DNA from: Carpediemonas membranifera BICM
Taxonomy: Eukaryota; Protista; Fornicata
Direction: 5' to 3'
Length of the DNA: 64,000 bases
NCBI GenBank assembly: GCA_019828565.1
Contig: JAHDYR010000038.1
Coordinates: 1,064,452 to 1,128,451 of the forward strand
Position numbers and translations under genes: made by a program. The notes under the pieces were generated by a model. It was not told the origin of the DNA and did not search any database. It worked only from the letters and a program-made list of their open reading frames with translations. This document shows, one piece after another, positions 1-12,137 of the stretch. Within the stretch, counting starts at the first letter, position 1. Every line of letters starts with the position of its first letter.

Positions 1-1182
1 AATGCATTCGTCACCATCTAATCAACATCAACTCTTTTTCTCGGCAATGCAGAGGAGAATGCCCGTCACTAAAGGATGATTTGGTACTGAATAAACATTA
101 TAATGAGACTGGAATGCTTGTGGACACGAAAACAGCAATGACAACATCGGGAGCAAGACAAGAAGATGATTCAGATTTATGAGGGAGAGGACGCCAGGGA
201 TGACGGCGCCAGGGATGAGGCGCCAGGATGAGGGCGCCAGGATTACCTTAAGCTCTGCCGACCTGGTGGCTTTACAAAAAGCTCAGGATGAGGGATGGTC
301 CAGCTCCACGACCAGCGTAATCCCGATGGGGGTCGACACGGGGGAGGGTGAGTCTGACGATGAGGCGCTGTTTGACGAGACAGCTGGCGAGGCAGAGATG
401 CCGGAGACCGCAGTGGAGGGCGAGTTTGACGATGAGGCCGGGTTGGAGATGCTGGAAGGAGAGTGGGAGGATGAGGAGAGTTCAGACAGCGATGCCGAGG
501 ATAGCCTCGTCGACAACCTGTCATTTCTTCAGTCACAACAGGTTGAGTGTGATATGTCTGAGAGAGATACCGATGAGGGTGTCCGTAGCGGGGCCAATGG
601 AAGTGGGCTCGCTCCGCTCTATGACGCTATGAAGACCAGGGAGCCCAGCAGACGCATTCGCCTTCGCCGCTATCACGAGAGCGAGTCAGACTTGGGCAGC
701 AGCAGCGACAGCGAGGACGGGATGCCGAAGCTGCCCGTTGAGGCCTTTGAGCACATCCGTGATGCCGGGATGACAACTGTGAGGCTGACGAGGGCCGAGT
801 ATGACGACGTGATGGAGAAGAGAGAGCAGGAAAAGCACCAGAAGTAAATGGCGAGTGATTATCAACTGGATGCAGAGGCTGAGCGGCGTAACTAGCCTGC
901 CAGGGTCCTTGTACACAGTATGTGTCTTGGCCAAGCTTGACTTCGTCGGTTGGCCGAAAAAGCATAAACTGCACGGGTCCAGGTCGGCAACCGTTGCCGA
1001 CCTGGAAGCCGCTCCTTGGGCGTTGAAGAACAGAAGAGAAAGCGATCAGCGATGCTTTTATGCAGTATTAAGCAGGTTGTGCGCGTCAAATGTCCGGTAA
1101 TGCATTCGTCACCATCTAATCAACATCAACTCTTTTTCTCGGCAATGCAGAGGAGAATGCCCGTCACTAAAGGATGATTTGG
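1..1182 (+). repeat. ~84-bp direct repeat at 1-84 and 1099-1182
   Basis: AATGCATTCGTCACC...GGATGATTTGG is present twice; a diverged copy lies near 34970-35030. Confidence 0.85.
179..847 (+). CDS. Acidic low-complexity hypothetical protein (element A cargo)
   Basis: 222-aa D/E-rich ORF with short CGCCAGGGATGA repeats at the start; no recognisable domain. Confidence 0.4.
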   Translation: MRERTPGMTAPGMRRQDEGARITLSSADLVALQKAQDEGWSSSTTSVIPMGVDTGEGESDDEALFDETAGEAEMPETAVEGEFDDEAGLEMLEGEWEDEESSDSDAEDSLVDNLSFLQSQQVECDMSERDTDEGVRSGANGSGLAPLYDAMKTREPSRRIRLRRYHESESDLGSSSDSEDGMPKLPVEAFEHIRDAGMTTVRLTRAEYDDVMEKREQEKHQK

Positions 1183-1472
1183 AACTAACAGGCTTTAATA
1201 AGCATGTCAAGCCTGTGATCACGATAACAGCCTTCAATAACTACATCAAGGCAATACATCAAGAAGATTGTTTAAAGAGACGGCGGGGAGCAAGATGCAG
1301 GGAGAGCGGCAGGGAAACGAAGGCATGGGGACAGGAGCCCGAGAAGAGCGCCTGGAGAACGGTGAGGAAGAACGGCGGGGAAGAGCAGCCGGGCGCATGG
1401 GTACACACATCTGTCATCATGTGGCATCAACATTGCCACAGTGGTCAACTCAATAACAAGCAATGTCTTCAT

Positions 1473-2754
1473 TTACTCACTGTTCTGGATCACCAATTCG
1501 TACGACGAGTAACAGTCGGGACAGAGCCGAATCTTGGGAATCGACTTGCCACAGATGACAATCTTCAGCAGCTCCATCTGTACGCAGTTGGCAGAGTTAC
1601 AGAACCAGTGCCCGCACTGCCTACAGTGCACGGCTGAGTCGTTGCGTCGGCATGCGTAACACTTCTTCTCATTGAGGCAATAGCTACACGTGTATTTCCA
1701 GCGACCCTTAGTGGACTCGGCCCAGTTCTTGTTCTTTCCAGTCTTAGGCCGGGGAGGGACACAGCGTGAGTTGTCGTGGAAGTTCACTTTGCATTCCTGG
1801 CAAGTCACAAACTTTGACGTCACGCGATTGTCGATCCAGTCCAGACTGTGGCAATGGCCGCAACAGAAACAAAGCAGCCTATTCTGAATGTCGAGAATCG
1901 AGAAAGAATCATCACCGACCTCAGACACATCGTCATCGTTGTCCCCTTGGCTGGCCAGACGTGCCTCCACGGTGGCGAGCCTCTGATCGACACTCATCGC
2001 GACACGGTGAACATCGTGCAGCACAATCGACTCGCGAGGCGCTTGAGGGGAAGCTGGAGAGGGAACCGAAGTGGGACCGGACGATGAGTGCAGGAAAGGC
2101 TCACTTTTCACGCAAAGCTCTTGCTTCACGTGTGTAAGGGCGGGGGTGGCAGGGTTGGGGATTTCAACTGTTCTGCACTTGCCCACAAATCTCTCCGGGT
2201 CATTGATATCGGGCACACAGAGATTAAAGTCTCGGGAGTCGAGATTATCTGGCACAGGAATATTGAGTCTCGACAGGACGGATCTGATCGCGCTGGTTAG
2301 CTCCGAACGGACTGGGCGAGGAGCTCTTGCAGAGAGCATGGACAACCTTGGGTTTCCCGTCAGATATGGCCACAGTCACCCCCATCGTCTCAGCCCAATC
2401 TCGGACGTTCTTCGCAACAACCCTTCCCATCGAGACGCCAGGTTTCAACTTCAGCTCATCGAGGAAGTCCGGTGTTTCGGAGCACGGCTGAAGAAACGAC
2501 ACGATGATGTGGTTGAACGCATTTCCGAGCTTTTTGATGGACAGGCCAGTTGGTTCTGAGTCAAAGACGTCAAACGCAAACGTGAAGAAGGCCTTAAGCA
2601 TGCCCATCATGAGAATTGACCGGCAAGTACTCAAAGCGGTTGTGTTCCACTTCGTCATCGGTCTCGATCTCTTAGAAACAGCCTTAACTGCATGATCGTC
2701 CGCCATGTTCTCATTTACGGCCGCGCGCTTCGTTTCTAGCTCCGTTTCTGTCAT
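1473..2754 (-). CDS. PHD-like / multi-Cys zinc-finger protein, frameshift-split (2245-2754 + 1473-2345)
   Basis: CxxC...CxxC-x4-H...C...CxxC followed by further CxxC pairs; same layout as 25990-27214. Confidence 0.65.
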
Positions 2755-2851
2755 TCCAGAGTAGATTTTCTACTAAAAATTGGCATTGTTACAACCAATC
2801 ATTAACATTAATAGAGAAGGAGAATAAAGACTCACCAGCCCGCGGCCAATC

Positions 2852-5467
2852 GTGACTCAGGTTCGCATCAGACGTCGACAGAGACGAGTTAAACATGAGG
2901 CTGGGCAATTGTCTTCTGAGCTAATCCTTAACCTTTCAAAGAGGATGCTAATACCGAAGTGGACGCTATTACACGGCACTATTTATGCTCCTCAAGAGGA
3001 TACTGGCATCAACACCATTCTATGCAGCGTGTACCTTTCCATTGACTCAGATAACGTCAGCACACATCGGTTTCGTGTTTCCAAAGCTCCCCAACGCCGT
3101 GAGTTCGTCCAGGTTGTTCAAGAGTTGCTCAGTGCAGGATATATATGTCGCCAGGATGTTTCAAAGCAGCTGTACCCCTCTCCGACTGCCACATCTATCG
3201 CTGCGGAGAAGAGGAATCACACGACTTACCCAAGAGCCTACGTGAAGCATACATCCGCAGTTGACACTCTCGCAGCCGAGAATGAGTGTCTACGGAAGCG
3301 TCTGGCCGACACGGAGCGCCTGATTCAACTAACGAACCAGCTCAAGTCCATCACAAACGGATACAATGCCGTTAACGACGAGATCCGCATAATGAACTCT
3401 CTTGCAGGTAGGCTTAACCTTGATATTGTGCGGATATCTCCTGTTACCTCGAAGATCAAGTCTCTCGCGTGTAATATCCAGAATATGGAGGAGATAGAAT
3501 CACTTCTCCAATCTGACACCGCTTGGAGGAGATTTATCCGCAGTCACGTTCCCGCCAACATTCAGCACAGGGTAACGGCGAGAAGGTCTGATCAGGCCAA
3601 TCAGGAATATGAGCTCGACCTCATCACCCATGTCGAAGCTCCTCTTGATGTTGTACGATCATCTATTCAGGGCGACTCGGCCCATGCAGAGCACGTTGCA
3701 GGAAAGATCGTCGTCTTCTATGACTCAGAGCAGGACCGTGAGACTCACTATAGCATCATGAAAGAGCAAGGCCTCACCCCTCGGATGCAGACGAGTGCAA
3801 GATATACCCATGTATATCATGCATCATTTGATATCATGGAGTATTATCGCCAAGCGGTTGCATTCCCCGTATCGCTGGAGACGTCACGATCCGGGCGCAA
3901 GAGTGCAGCTCGGACATTAAGACGACAGAGTCATTCCGCTGAGACGGGGACGATCCCACTCGTGTTAGAGGTGTGGGTCGATGCGTGGAGAGGGCTGACA
4001 ACCGCTGTTAAGATTCGTTTCCTCGACGACTCCCACAAAGTCTTTCCGTCTGGTGCGACTCCTCCTTTCCGGATTCTTGAATACAACGGCCCAGAAAGTC
4101 TCATCACTGAGCATTTTGCCTTCATTGAACAGTCCATCGAGAGCACACACCGCGAGGTGCTGGAAGTCAGGAACACGGGTCTCCTCTGCCGAGTAACGCG
4201 TGTCTTTATTATCGCTGACCATCCAGCCATGTCCAAGGTTTGCGGGGCACTCATTGGAGGCAATTACCCCTCGCCATTCAGTCCCGTTCATTCGAAGAAC
4301 AAGGGCTGGAGTCCCTTTGGTCGCACCCCGCGCTGCACCTTGGCAGATATCCTGCTGGCGAAGCATAAGTCACAGTTCGACACTATTATGGACAGAGAGG
4401 CCAAATGGGGATCCTTCTATAACCATCAGAAGAAGTGCATCGCTCCCACTTTGTTTGAGACGTCGACTGCGTCGCTGCCCAGAGACTGCGTCTTCTTATT
4501 CCCTCCAATCATGCATGTCAGTCATGACTTTGTGTCGTTGATTCATGCCATGTGCCGCATGTTCAAGCCAGAGCCAATTGACCCAGAGAGCGACCCTCGT
4601 CAAATTAAGGAGGTGAAGGCAAGGAACGCGATGCTAGCGAATCTGGCGTCGTTTGAGCCACCCAGCCGTACGACGGGCTGCAACGAGCAAGTCAAGGGGA
4701 GAAAGATGATAGCATCGATTGGACTTAAGCTGCATCGTGCGTTCCCGCCACCCGTGCAGTCATTATTCATACTCGCTGCATACCTCCAGGAGCACTACTA
4801 TTCCCACGAGGATGTAACTGAGAACATGGTCGTGTGGCATCGCTTGACAGCACTTCTCGTGCACCTCTTCTCTGTGACCATGTGTCTTAGCACATCTAAC
4901 ACGGTTGCCCCAGACATTCCGATCCGTCAACCATCTGCGACTCCCGATACGGCGCCGTGTGTTGATACACTTCACGGATTGGCGCGTATTGCCGCGCTGC
5001 CGGAGATACAAGCGAAGACTCGGGCCTCCTTTGGTCGAGTCATCGAAGAGTGCTTTGAACGTGATTTCATTGGGAATCAGGAGAGTCGAGTGCGATTGCG
5101 TCAGAACCAGACGGTTCTTGAGAGCACTATTCTGAAGGAGCAGGTTGAGTTGCTGTTCAGATGCCTTCGTGGAGTGATTTCCTACGGAAGACGCGAAACA
5201 GATGTCCCACCCCAGTCACCCCTGAAACTTATGCGCATTCATAAGTGTTGTAAGGATGCCAATTGGTGGCTTCGTATCCGGAGTGTGCATTCTAAGACGC
5301 TGACAGCGACTGAGTGCCAAAAGCTGCACATGGTGTTTACGAAGGAAGTCAACGGCCTATGGCGCACTGTCTTGTCGAAAGCAGACTGTAGCTTTGACTC
5401 AGACTGGCTGGATGTTCCCATTCACGAGCAGGGACACACTCTTGATGTTTGCATATGCAAGAGATAG
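2852..5467 (+). CDS. CMC/EnSpm-like DDE transposase
   Basis: Motifs VWVDAW (D1), IIADHPAM...NYPSPF (D2), PPIMH and EECFER (E); homologous to 17261-19832; lies inside a TIR element. Confidence 0.75.
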   Translation: MTQVRIRRRQRRVKHEAGQLSSELILNLSKRMLIPKWTLLHGTIYAPQEDTGINTILCSVYLSIDSDNVSTHRFRVSKAPQRREFVQVVQELLSAGYICRQDVSKQLYPSPTATSIAAEKRNHTTYPRAYVKHTSAVDTLAAENECLRKRLADTERLIQLTNQLKSITNGYNAVNDEIRIMNSLAGRLNLDIVRISPVTSKIKSLACNIQNMEEIESLLQSDTAWRRFIRSHVPANIQHRVTARRSDQANQEYELDLITHVEAPLDVVRSSIQGDSAHAEHVAGKIVVFYDSEQDRETHYSIMKEQGLTPRMQTSARYTHVYHASFDIMEYYRQAVAFPVSLETSRSGRKSAARTLRRQSHSAETGTIPLVLEVWVDAWRGLTTAVKIRFLDDSHKVFPSGATPPFRILEYNGPESLITEHFAFIEQSIESTHREVLEVRNTGLLCRVTRVFIIADHPAMSKVCGALIGGNYPSPFSPVHSKNKGWSPFGRTPRCTLADILLAKHKSQFDTIMDREAKWGSFYNHQKKCIAPTLFETSTASLPRDCVFLFPPIMHVSHDFVSLIHAMCRMFKPEPIDPESDPRQIKEVKARNAMLANLASFEPPSRTTGCNEQVKGRKMIASIGLKLHRAFPPPVQSLFILAAYLQEHYYSHEDVTENMVVWHRLTALLVHLFSVTMCLSTSNTVAPDIPIRQPSATPDTAPCVDTLHGLARIAALPEIQAKTRASFGRVIEECFERDFIGNQESRVRLRQNQTVLESTILKEQVELLFRCLRGVISYGRRETDVPPQSPLKLMRIHKCCKDANWWLRIRSVHSKTLTATECQKLHMVFTKEVNGLWRTVLSKADCSFDSDWLDVPIHEQGHTLDVCICKR

Positions 5468-5667
5468 TAAAGATCGGATTTAGTCTCGCGGTATCTCACG
5501 TGGCCCAGAGCAGCGTGCTCCTGGAATCAACAGGGCACAAAACACCCTGCGTATTCCGGTAGCACACCGTTCTGACTCATACGTCCGTCTCTGGTTGTCG
5601 TATACAGGACTATTTACGTGTTTGGCGATGGCGCTCCTGACATAAGCTTAATGGCGTGTCGTGGCTG

Positions 5668-5874
5668 TCAGTATGCTGCATATGTCTCAGCGAGAAAGGA
5701 GTCACCAATCGCGTTCAGCTTTCTTGTTTCTCGCCTGATAAGGCTCGTAATATCGTTCAAGCGTGAATCTATGAAGTAATGGGACTGAATGGCCTCTATT
5801 GCGTCAATTTCTTGCGTAATGGTTGTGGAATGGCCTAGAATAGATGTTGCAGCTGCTTCCAGCTCCTGTTGCAT
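5668..5874 (-). CDS. Small hypothetical protein; identical protein at 35537-35743
   Basis: 68-aa ORF conserved in both related elements. Confidence 0.35.
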   Translation of the reverse strand: MQQELEAAATSILGHSTTITQEIDAIEAIQSHYFIDSRLNDITSLIRRETRKLNAIGDSFLAETYAAY

Positions 5875-6615
5875 GCTAAATGCTGTGTTTTGGACAATTG
5901 GTCGTGTTCAGGCAGAATTTTTTCGTGCAAAGTGCAGGCTAATACCCGTCCTTAAACTGTGGGATCAGCCGCTGGGTAAATATACTGAGAAAAAACCATA
6001 TAGCTGAGTTCACTGTCTTGTGCTGAATACGGTGGCGCCATTTATTTCTCTGAATCGTCAAGTTTTGTCAGCGTTGACCGCGCAAGACCGGTCGTCCTTA
6101 CGCGATGTCACCAACACCATCATATTCTTCCCCCTGACATTCTACGTGTCCCCCAGTCTGGATTCGTGGTCTGCAATATTCACAGAGATATTCGCCTTCT
6201 CTTTCGCGAATTTGACTCTGATCAAGTCGAAAAACGAAAAAACGACCATATCTCGAAATCTACACGTTGGAATCGGTACCAGAGTGATTTTGCGCATATG
6301 TACATCCCGTCAGCAGTCTGCAAAATCACTCTCGTACCGATTCCAACGTGTCAATTTTGAGATATTGCTCGTTTCATCCTTTTGCCTTAACCTGCGTCGC
6401 AAAGAAGTCGAAATCAGTGGTTAGACCGCACTGGACCTCTTGCAGGCTCTCTGCATACGCGCTTTAGTATGCAATGAAGGTATTCATTTTCCCGTAAATT
6501 GTTTAAATTCAATGAATACTTCATTTTCGGTCCGGAAGAAATAGATAATCTAGGGTTTTTAGGCCCTAGATTATCTAGAAAAAATCGTAGATTATCTGCC
6601 GACTTTCACAGTATG

Positions 6616-7931
6616 TAGCCGATAATCATGTCGAATTCCGTGTCGAGGAGCAGCATACGTGGCTTGTAGCTGCACGCCTTGGGTGTAAACGCCGAAGGTA
6701 ACGGTCTCACGTCCCCCTCGACTGCGCCTTGTGCATGGAGGATCCCCTTGTTGGCGGTACGTATCGGAATAATCTCAGAGCTAACTCTGGGCAGCTTGGA
6801 CGCCCACGTGCTCTTAATAACGGTGACTCCGGCGCCTGAATCAAGGAGAGCGGAGAGACTATGGCCATTGATCTGGACTTTGATCAGCGGCACGGACGAC
6901 TTGGACTCAGTCTTCCCAGTAGACTAAGATGACTCGTTCTTAGACTTGTCGGAACTCAAAACACACAAGCACTTGGAGGATTTACAGTAATCCTCCAGGT
7001 GGCCGAGACTGCCACACTTCTTGCAGGTGTGTTTGGCCTTCTTGCACTTAAACACGGAATGGCCTCTTCCCCCGCAGTTGTAGCAGGTGTAACCCGAGTA
7101 GTCTTTTGCGGGTCTCTCCTTTTTGATCGTCTTGGGCTTGAGATCCTTCTCAGAGGAGGGCTTCTTCGGGGGTGAAGGGAGCGTCGTGTCTGCGCTCTTG
7201 ACGAGATGAGGCGGTTTGACGAGAGGGAGCGTCCTCGAACGCGCTCAGCAGGTTGCGCGACTCTTGGACTTCACGTGCTAGGGCTAGGACCGCGGGCATG
7301 GCCTTCTCCAGAGGCTGATCCTCGATGAGCTCTTGAATGCGGTACATGGCCTTGGGGTTACTCTTGAAGGCACGAGTATACGTCTCTTTGAGGTTGTCCT
7401 CGTTGAGCGACTTCCCATCGAAGAGGGACAGGAGGAGGGTGAACTTCCGGTTGATACGTGCTACCTGCACCGTGTCGAAACTGTTGGCGCGCAGGCGGAA
7501 GAGCTGGAGGCGTGAAGTCTTCGCGCGCGGTTGAAGGGCTTGGCCGAGCCGCTTGAGGGTCCTTTGATCCTTGAGATCGCGAATGTTCTTCTTTGAGGCT
7601 ATAAGAGGGGTATGCTCGTCGCTATCGTCAGGATCAGTGTCCAGAATGGTCGTAATGAGGTCTTGAACCGCGCTATCGATGAGGTCGGTGATATCTCGAT
7701 GGCCTCCATAGGCCCGATAGTCTCGGAAGGCCTCGGCAAATGCGATCAGTGCCTCTACTGAAGGAATTGTTAGTAGAGGCGGGATTAAGCGTTTCTTATC
7801 GTTCATGGAAGGAATTTCTAGAAATGTCTTTTGACTTTATGAGGAAAAGAGACGACACCAAAAGTGTCGACAGAAACCTGAAGACTATGTAAATAATGTT
7901 ACTATGTAAATATTGGGTAAGACCCACGACA
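6616..7931 (-). mobile_element. Ty3/Gypsy 5' part: LTR, gag, CCHC knuckles, protease
   Basis: Gag 7150-7806 is homologous to the ORF at 43541. Two CCHC knuckles lie at ~6990-7090 and the protease motif is LLDSGA (6616-6893). A putative TGTCG...CGACA LTR at 7865-7931 is followed on the minus strand by a TGGTGTCG PBS-like sequence. Confidence 0.85.
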
Positions 7932-8766
7932 GCCCCACTGATCTGCGACTGGACCCCCCCGCAGGACAGCAGCGAGATCATCCGATCAGTCCGCAACGTA
8001 GCATCCACCACCAGACTGACTGGCGGGGCTCGACCGGTGACGAGCGACATAATCCGGTCGGGTTTCCGACGTTGAAAACAAGATCCGAAGACGTTCCAGG
8101 CGGTCTTGTTCGCCGCACTCTGCTTCCAAACTGTCAGCCGCGGCAAGGAAATCTTCACTCTGACGAGGGGAGACGTGACGTTCAGCCCAGAGGGCGACGC
8201 GACGCTGTTCATGGCACGCACCAAGACTACCACAGCGGTGAAGAAGCTCGTGGTCAACGCCACCTTTGACTCATTCAACATCGCGAAGGCGCTCCAGCTT
8301 TGGGTCAACTTGGCCACGAAGCGCGACACGGATTCACTATGGAGGAAGGTCAACGGAGACACGATCAGCAAGACAGAGGGGCTGTCAGAAGGCGCAATGA
8401 GGCGCTGGATCGCAGCAGTGTTCGGCGACTCCGTCACTTGGCACAGCTTCAGAAAGGGCGCGGCGACCGAGCTCGCCGTCGCCGGCACTCCTGAGCACGT
8501 GCTGATGGCACTGGGGAACTGGCGCTCCGCGAAGAGCCTGCTGGCGTACACCGGCAATGGCATCCGCCAGCACCCCGCGGTCCAGAGAGACATCGCCAGG
8601 TCTCTTTTGGGCAAGCCACTGTAAACATTCGATGGGATGTTTATGGTGCAGGCTGTTGCGACCTCACGGGAGGTGACAGCTAGGAGTTAATGATATCTCC
8701 TCGGCCGGCGGGACAACCCCGTTGGATCTACAGAGTGTAGAGGGTCAGGTGGCCCGCGAGTCGGGC
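7932..8766 (+). mobile_element. 3' part of DIRS-type element C' (tyrosine recombinase to 8624 plus 3' end)
   Basis: Near-identical to 41944-42778; YR residues SRGKE, TKT, HSFR, GNW, LAY. Confidence 0.9.
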
Positions 8767-8904
8767 GGGCTAGGTGGCTTGGCGCTACATCGTCAGTAAG
8801 GTTACCTCGGGTAACGGGCCCGGAGCGGAGGGCGATGTGATAGCCTCACTCCGGGCAAAAGGTGTTTCGCCGGTCAGGCGAGTCACGCAGTTTATGCGGA
8901 CAGA

Positions 8905-9460
8905 ATGGCGCAAGGTTCGGATCCGCCGGATCCGACGGCAACACGCTTAGATAAGCTAGAAGCTTCAATCAATTCCATGTCCGAAGCCCTGAACAGGCTT
9001 GCTCCTCCGCCTCCGCCAGAGAAAGAACCTGACGACGAAATGCTCGAAAGTTCCACCGTTGCTAGGTTCAATACCTCCGAATCGTTGGAGGAGGACACGA
9101 TGGAGGACATAGATGCAACTCTGGCAGAGATGGACACCTTCTCGGAGTTACCAAGCAAGAGACCTCTCAAGGCAGAAGCGAAGTGGCTTCAACGCGTTGT
9201 CGTGATCACTAGTGCTCTCCCAGATTCCGCGACGAAACAACGTCTTCTTCTCGAACTACAGGCTCGTAGAATGGTCCTAGACCTCAAAGATGATAACTGG
9301 TCCGATGCCACGACCGAGCTGTTTCAGGACCTCTTCAACAGCACAGAAAGCAAGAGCAGCCGCACCATCGCTTACTGCGCAGCGAAGGCCCGCTCTAAGG
9401 GCAGGCGTAAGGACACCAACGGTAACATGGGGGGTTTCACAAGAAGAAGAGAACATAACA
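8905..9460 (+). CDS. DIRS B gag-like ORF (3' end approximate)
   Basis: Homologous to 39258-39839 (ELPSKRPLKAEAKWL vs ELPKKRPLLEEAKFL). Confidence 0.65.
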
Positions 9461-9481
9461 ACCTCTGTTCATCAATTCCCG

Positions 9482-10895
9482 TCGATGAACGCGAGGTGGT
9501 GGTTATGGGAAAGGCTCGGCGCCTCGGACGAGGTGGTCGGCTGGCTCCGTCACGGCGTACCTATCAAGCTAACAGGCACTCCCCCGCCACCCACGCCACA
9601 ACGGCGCCTGGACCCACGGCTCACCCCAAAGCTCGACGAGATGGTCCGACTTGGCGTGATCTCACCCTGTACCAGCGGGCAACTCCGGCACAGTGCCCCG
9701 CTCTTCGCGGTTGCAAAGGGCGAGCACGATGTCCGCCCGGTACACGACCTACGCGACCTCAACGCAATCACTGCGGAGACGCGGGTCTTCCGGCTCTTCG
9801 GCCTAAAACGAGCAGTGCGCAACCTCAAGCGCAACGACTTCATGCTCAAGATCGACTTAGCCTCCGGCTACCACCAGATGGGTGTGGCTCCGACCGACTC
9901 CACGCTACTGGGGATCGTCCTCCCCGAACGGGCAGGCGTACAGATACAACACACTAGGGTTCGGCTGGACCGCTGCCCCGTTCGTGTTCCAGTCTACGTC
10001 CATCCAGCTAGCAAAGATACTCGCGAACCGCTTCAACGTGACAATAGCGGTGTACCTCGACGACTTTCTCATCTCACATCGGTCACGTCGCCACCTAGCA
10101 GACGCCGCTCCCCAAATAGTCGCGCACATGAGGTCGCTGGGAGCTATCCCAGGGCTCAACAAGTGCATCCTAACTCCCACACAACGCCTGGAGTACCTAG
10201 GAGTCACCATCAACACAGCCGCCGAGACACTGCAGATTTCCAAGGACAGAGCCGATCGCTATGCAACATCAATCGAGCAGGCCCTCAGGGCCGGCAGGAT
10301 CGATGCAACCGAGTGGCAACGCCTACTAGGCCGCCTCTCGTTCTTCGCAAGTACGACACAGTTCGCCAGGCTCCAGCTCAGATCACTCCAGGCCCTACAT
10401 CCCGCCCCGACGCTTCACATCTCGCAGCAGATGCGTCGCCAGCTCAACAGCTGGCTAGCGCTGCTCAGAGATCGTCCATCCAGACCCTTCGCTCAGGCCA
10501 GGGCAGACTGGGAGATCAAGGACGAACTCCAGCTCTCGGTCGCATCCGACGCGTCCTCCTTCGCGTGGGGCGCCTGCCTATTCAACGGCGACCAGGGCCG
10601 CTCGGCTCAAGGCCGCTTTCCTCCCGAGTTCCGAGACTCTCATATCGGAGTCAAGGAGCTCTACGCGATTGGCCAGGCTATCAAGCTCACCCCAACCCAG
10701 CGCACCAGGACCCAACTAGCTATCTTTTCGGACAACACCGCGGCCATCGCATGGGTCAACCGCCAGGGCTCCCCATGTCTCGCCGACACGGCCATTCGAC
10801 TCCTGCAGGATATCTTCACCACGGCGAACACGAAGAATGTCGATATTCACTGCTTCCATATCGCAGGGCACCTCAATGTCCAGGCGGACCGGCTG
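9482..10895 (+). CDS. DIRS B reverse transcriptase-RNase H (frameshift near 9930; cut by LINE A)
   Basis: KIDLASGYHQ, LGFGW, YLDD, SDAS, KEL, SDN, HIAGHLNVQADRL. Confidence 0.9.
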
Positions 10896-11820
10896 CATAG
10901 AGGGATCTATCAGACGGCTCACCGAGATGATTGGCACGCCGGTCGGGCCAGTAGGCCGAGATGACCTCTATACCAACAACCGCCGAGCCGACGGAACCCT
11001 CAGAGACGAGAGAGAGCCCAGAAACAACGGCGTCCATCGGTGCGACAGAGAGCGCAGGGACGTCAGGCCTCATCATGAGGACAGAGAGCGCAGGGACGAC
11101 GGGCCTCGCCGCGAGGTCAGAGGACGCTGGGAAGACGGGCCTCACCATGAGGACAGAGAGCGCAGGGACGTCAGGCCTCACCATGAGGACATGGAGCGCA
11201 GAGAGGTCAGGCCTCACCACGAGGACAGAGAGCGCAGGGACGACGGGCCTCGCCGCGAGGTCAGAGGACGCTGGGAAGACGGGCCTCACCATGAGGACAG
11301 AGAGCGCAGGGACGATCAGGGCAGAGACTCCGGAGAGAGCAGACGCCGCTCACCCCCTCATGGGACCGGCAAGAGGAGTGGCAAGGACAGGGCGGTGAGC
11401 TACACAGGGGCTGGAAAGAGGGGCAAGCTCGACGGCGACGCCCGTTACGAGGCTGGAAGCAGACAGTCGAGTGACAGCGACGCGGAGAGGGACGAACTCA
11501 GGAAGGAACTTGATGAAGCCAAGAAGCTGATTCTCGCACTCAGGGCCAGGGACAGCAGGGAGGAGGAGCAGGCGACGCCAACCCCAGCACCGGCTGACAC
11601 CCAGGGAAACCAGGGTACCGGCAAGGAGCACAGGGTAGTCCGCCACAAGAAGAGGACTCGGACAAAGAGGTCTCGCAAGCCGAGACAGCTAAACCAGATG
11701 GAGCTAGTGGCCCAGATCGTGTCAACGGTGATGAAGACCATGCAGCAACAACAGGGGATGGCAACCGAGAACCAGAGCGATGATGGCAGTGACAGTGGCA
11801 ACTCAACGGAGACCGATTAA
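10896..11820 (+). CDS. LINE A ORF1 C-terminal part with R/D/E tandem repeats
   Basis: RERRDDGPRREVRGRWEDGPHHED repeats, then coiled-coil, basic and acidic tail in the same order as 50668-51444. Confidence 0.65.
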
Positions 11821-12137
11821 GCAGGGTAAAGTGGTATTCTTTGAGAGTGATAGTGACAGTTGTGAGTTCTTTTCTTTTAATCCAACCCTGGCTCCCACCC
11901 AGGGTCCGGCATTAGCTGAAATGCACTGCCGGTGGGCTGTGGCGGCAGCCAAAGGGGGGTCACGCCAATGCGCCCCCTCCTAAGTATCCCTGCCCGAAGG
12001 TAAGGATGGTCACCAGGGTAACCCATAGTTGGCCCGCCATGGGTAACCGGAGCCGGCACGAAGGCCCCGTGACGGGACAAGGGCAGATTGCAGGGAATTT
12101 CCGAAAATTCGCAGGATAGGAAAGACGGAGTACAAGA

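Larger units (their letters stand above)
1..6615 (+). mobile_element. Right part of a large CATACTG-terminated DNA transposon (element A), inserted in a Gypsy protease gene
   Basis: Ends in ...ACAGTATG at 6615 with three subterminal TAGATTATCT/AGATAATCTA motifs, like the TIR at 36410-36484. Contains a transposase-like ORF. The Gypsy protease ORF is cut at this point. The left end is outside the window. Confidence 0.8.

Noticed and set aside
2245-2400. Programmed frameshift in the PHD gene (GGGAAAC)
   Set aside because: The heptamer is in the wrong frame and the homolog breaks at a different place; scattered frameshifts in young elements suggest assembly indels or decay
7796-8614. Long antisense ORFs opposite YR and RT genes (also 41808-42626 and 37962-38609)
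   Set aside because: Shadow ORFs of GC-rich coding sequence with no recognisable motifs
11886-11985. Canonical HDV-like, hammerhead or twister ribozyme
   Set aside because: The 3' half resembles HDV (stem, GG, stem, CAAA), but P2/P3/L3 are not nested within P1, and the hammerhead and twister cores are missing
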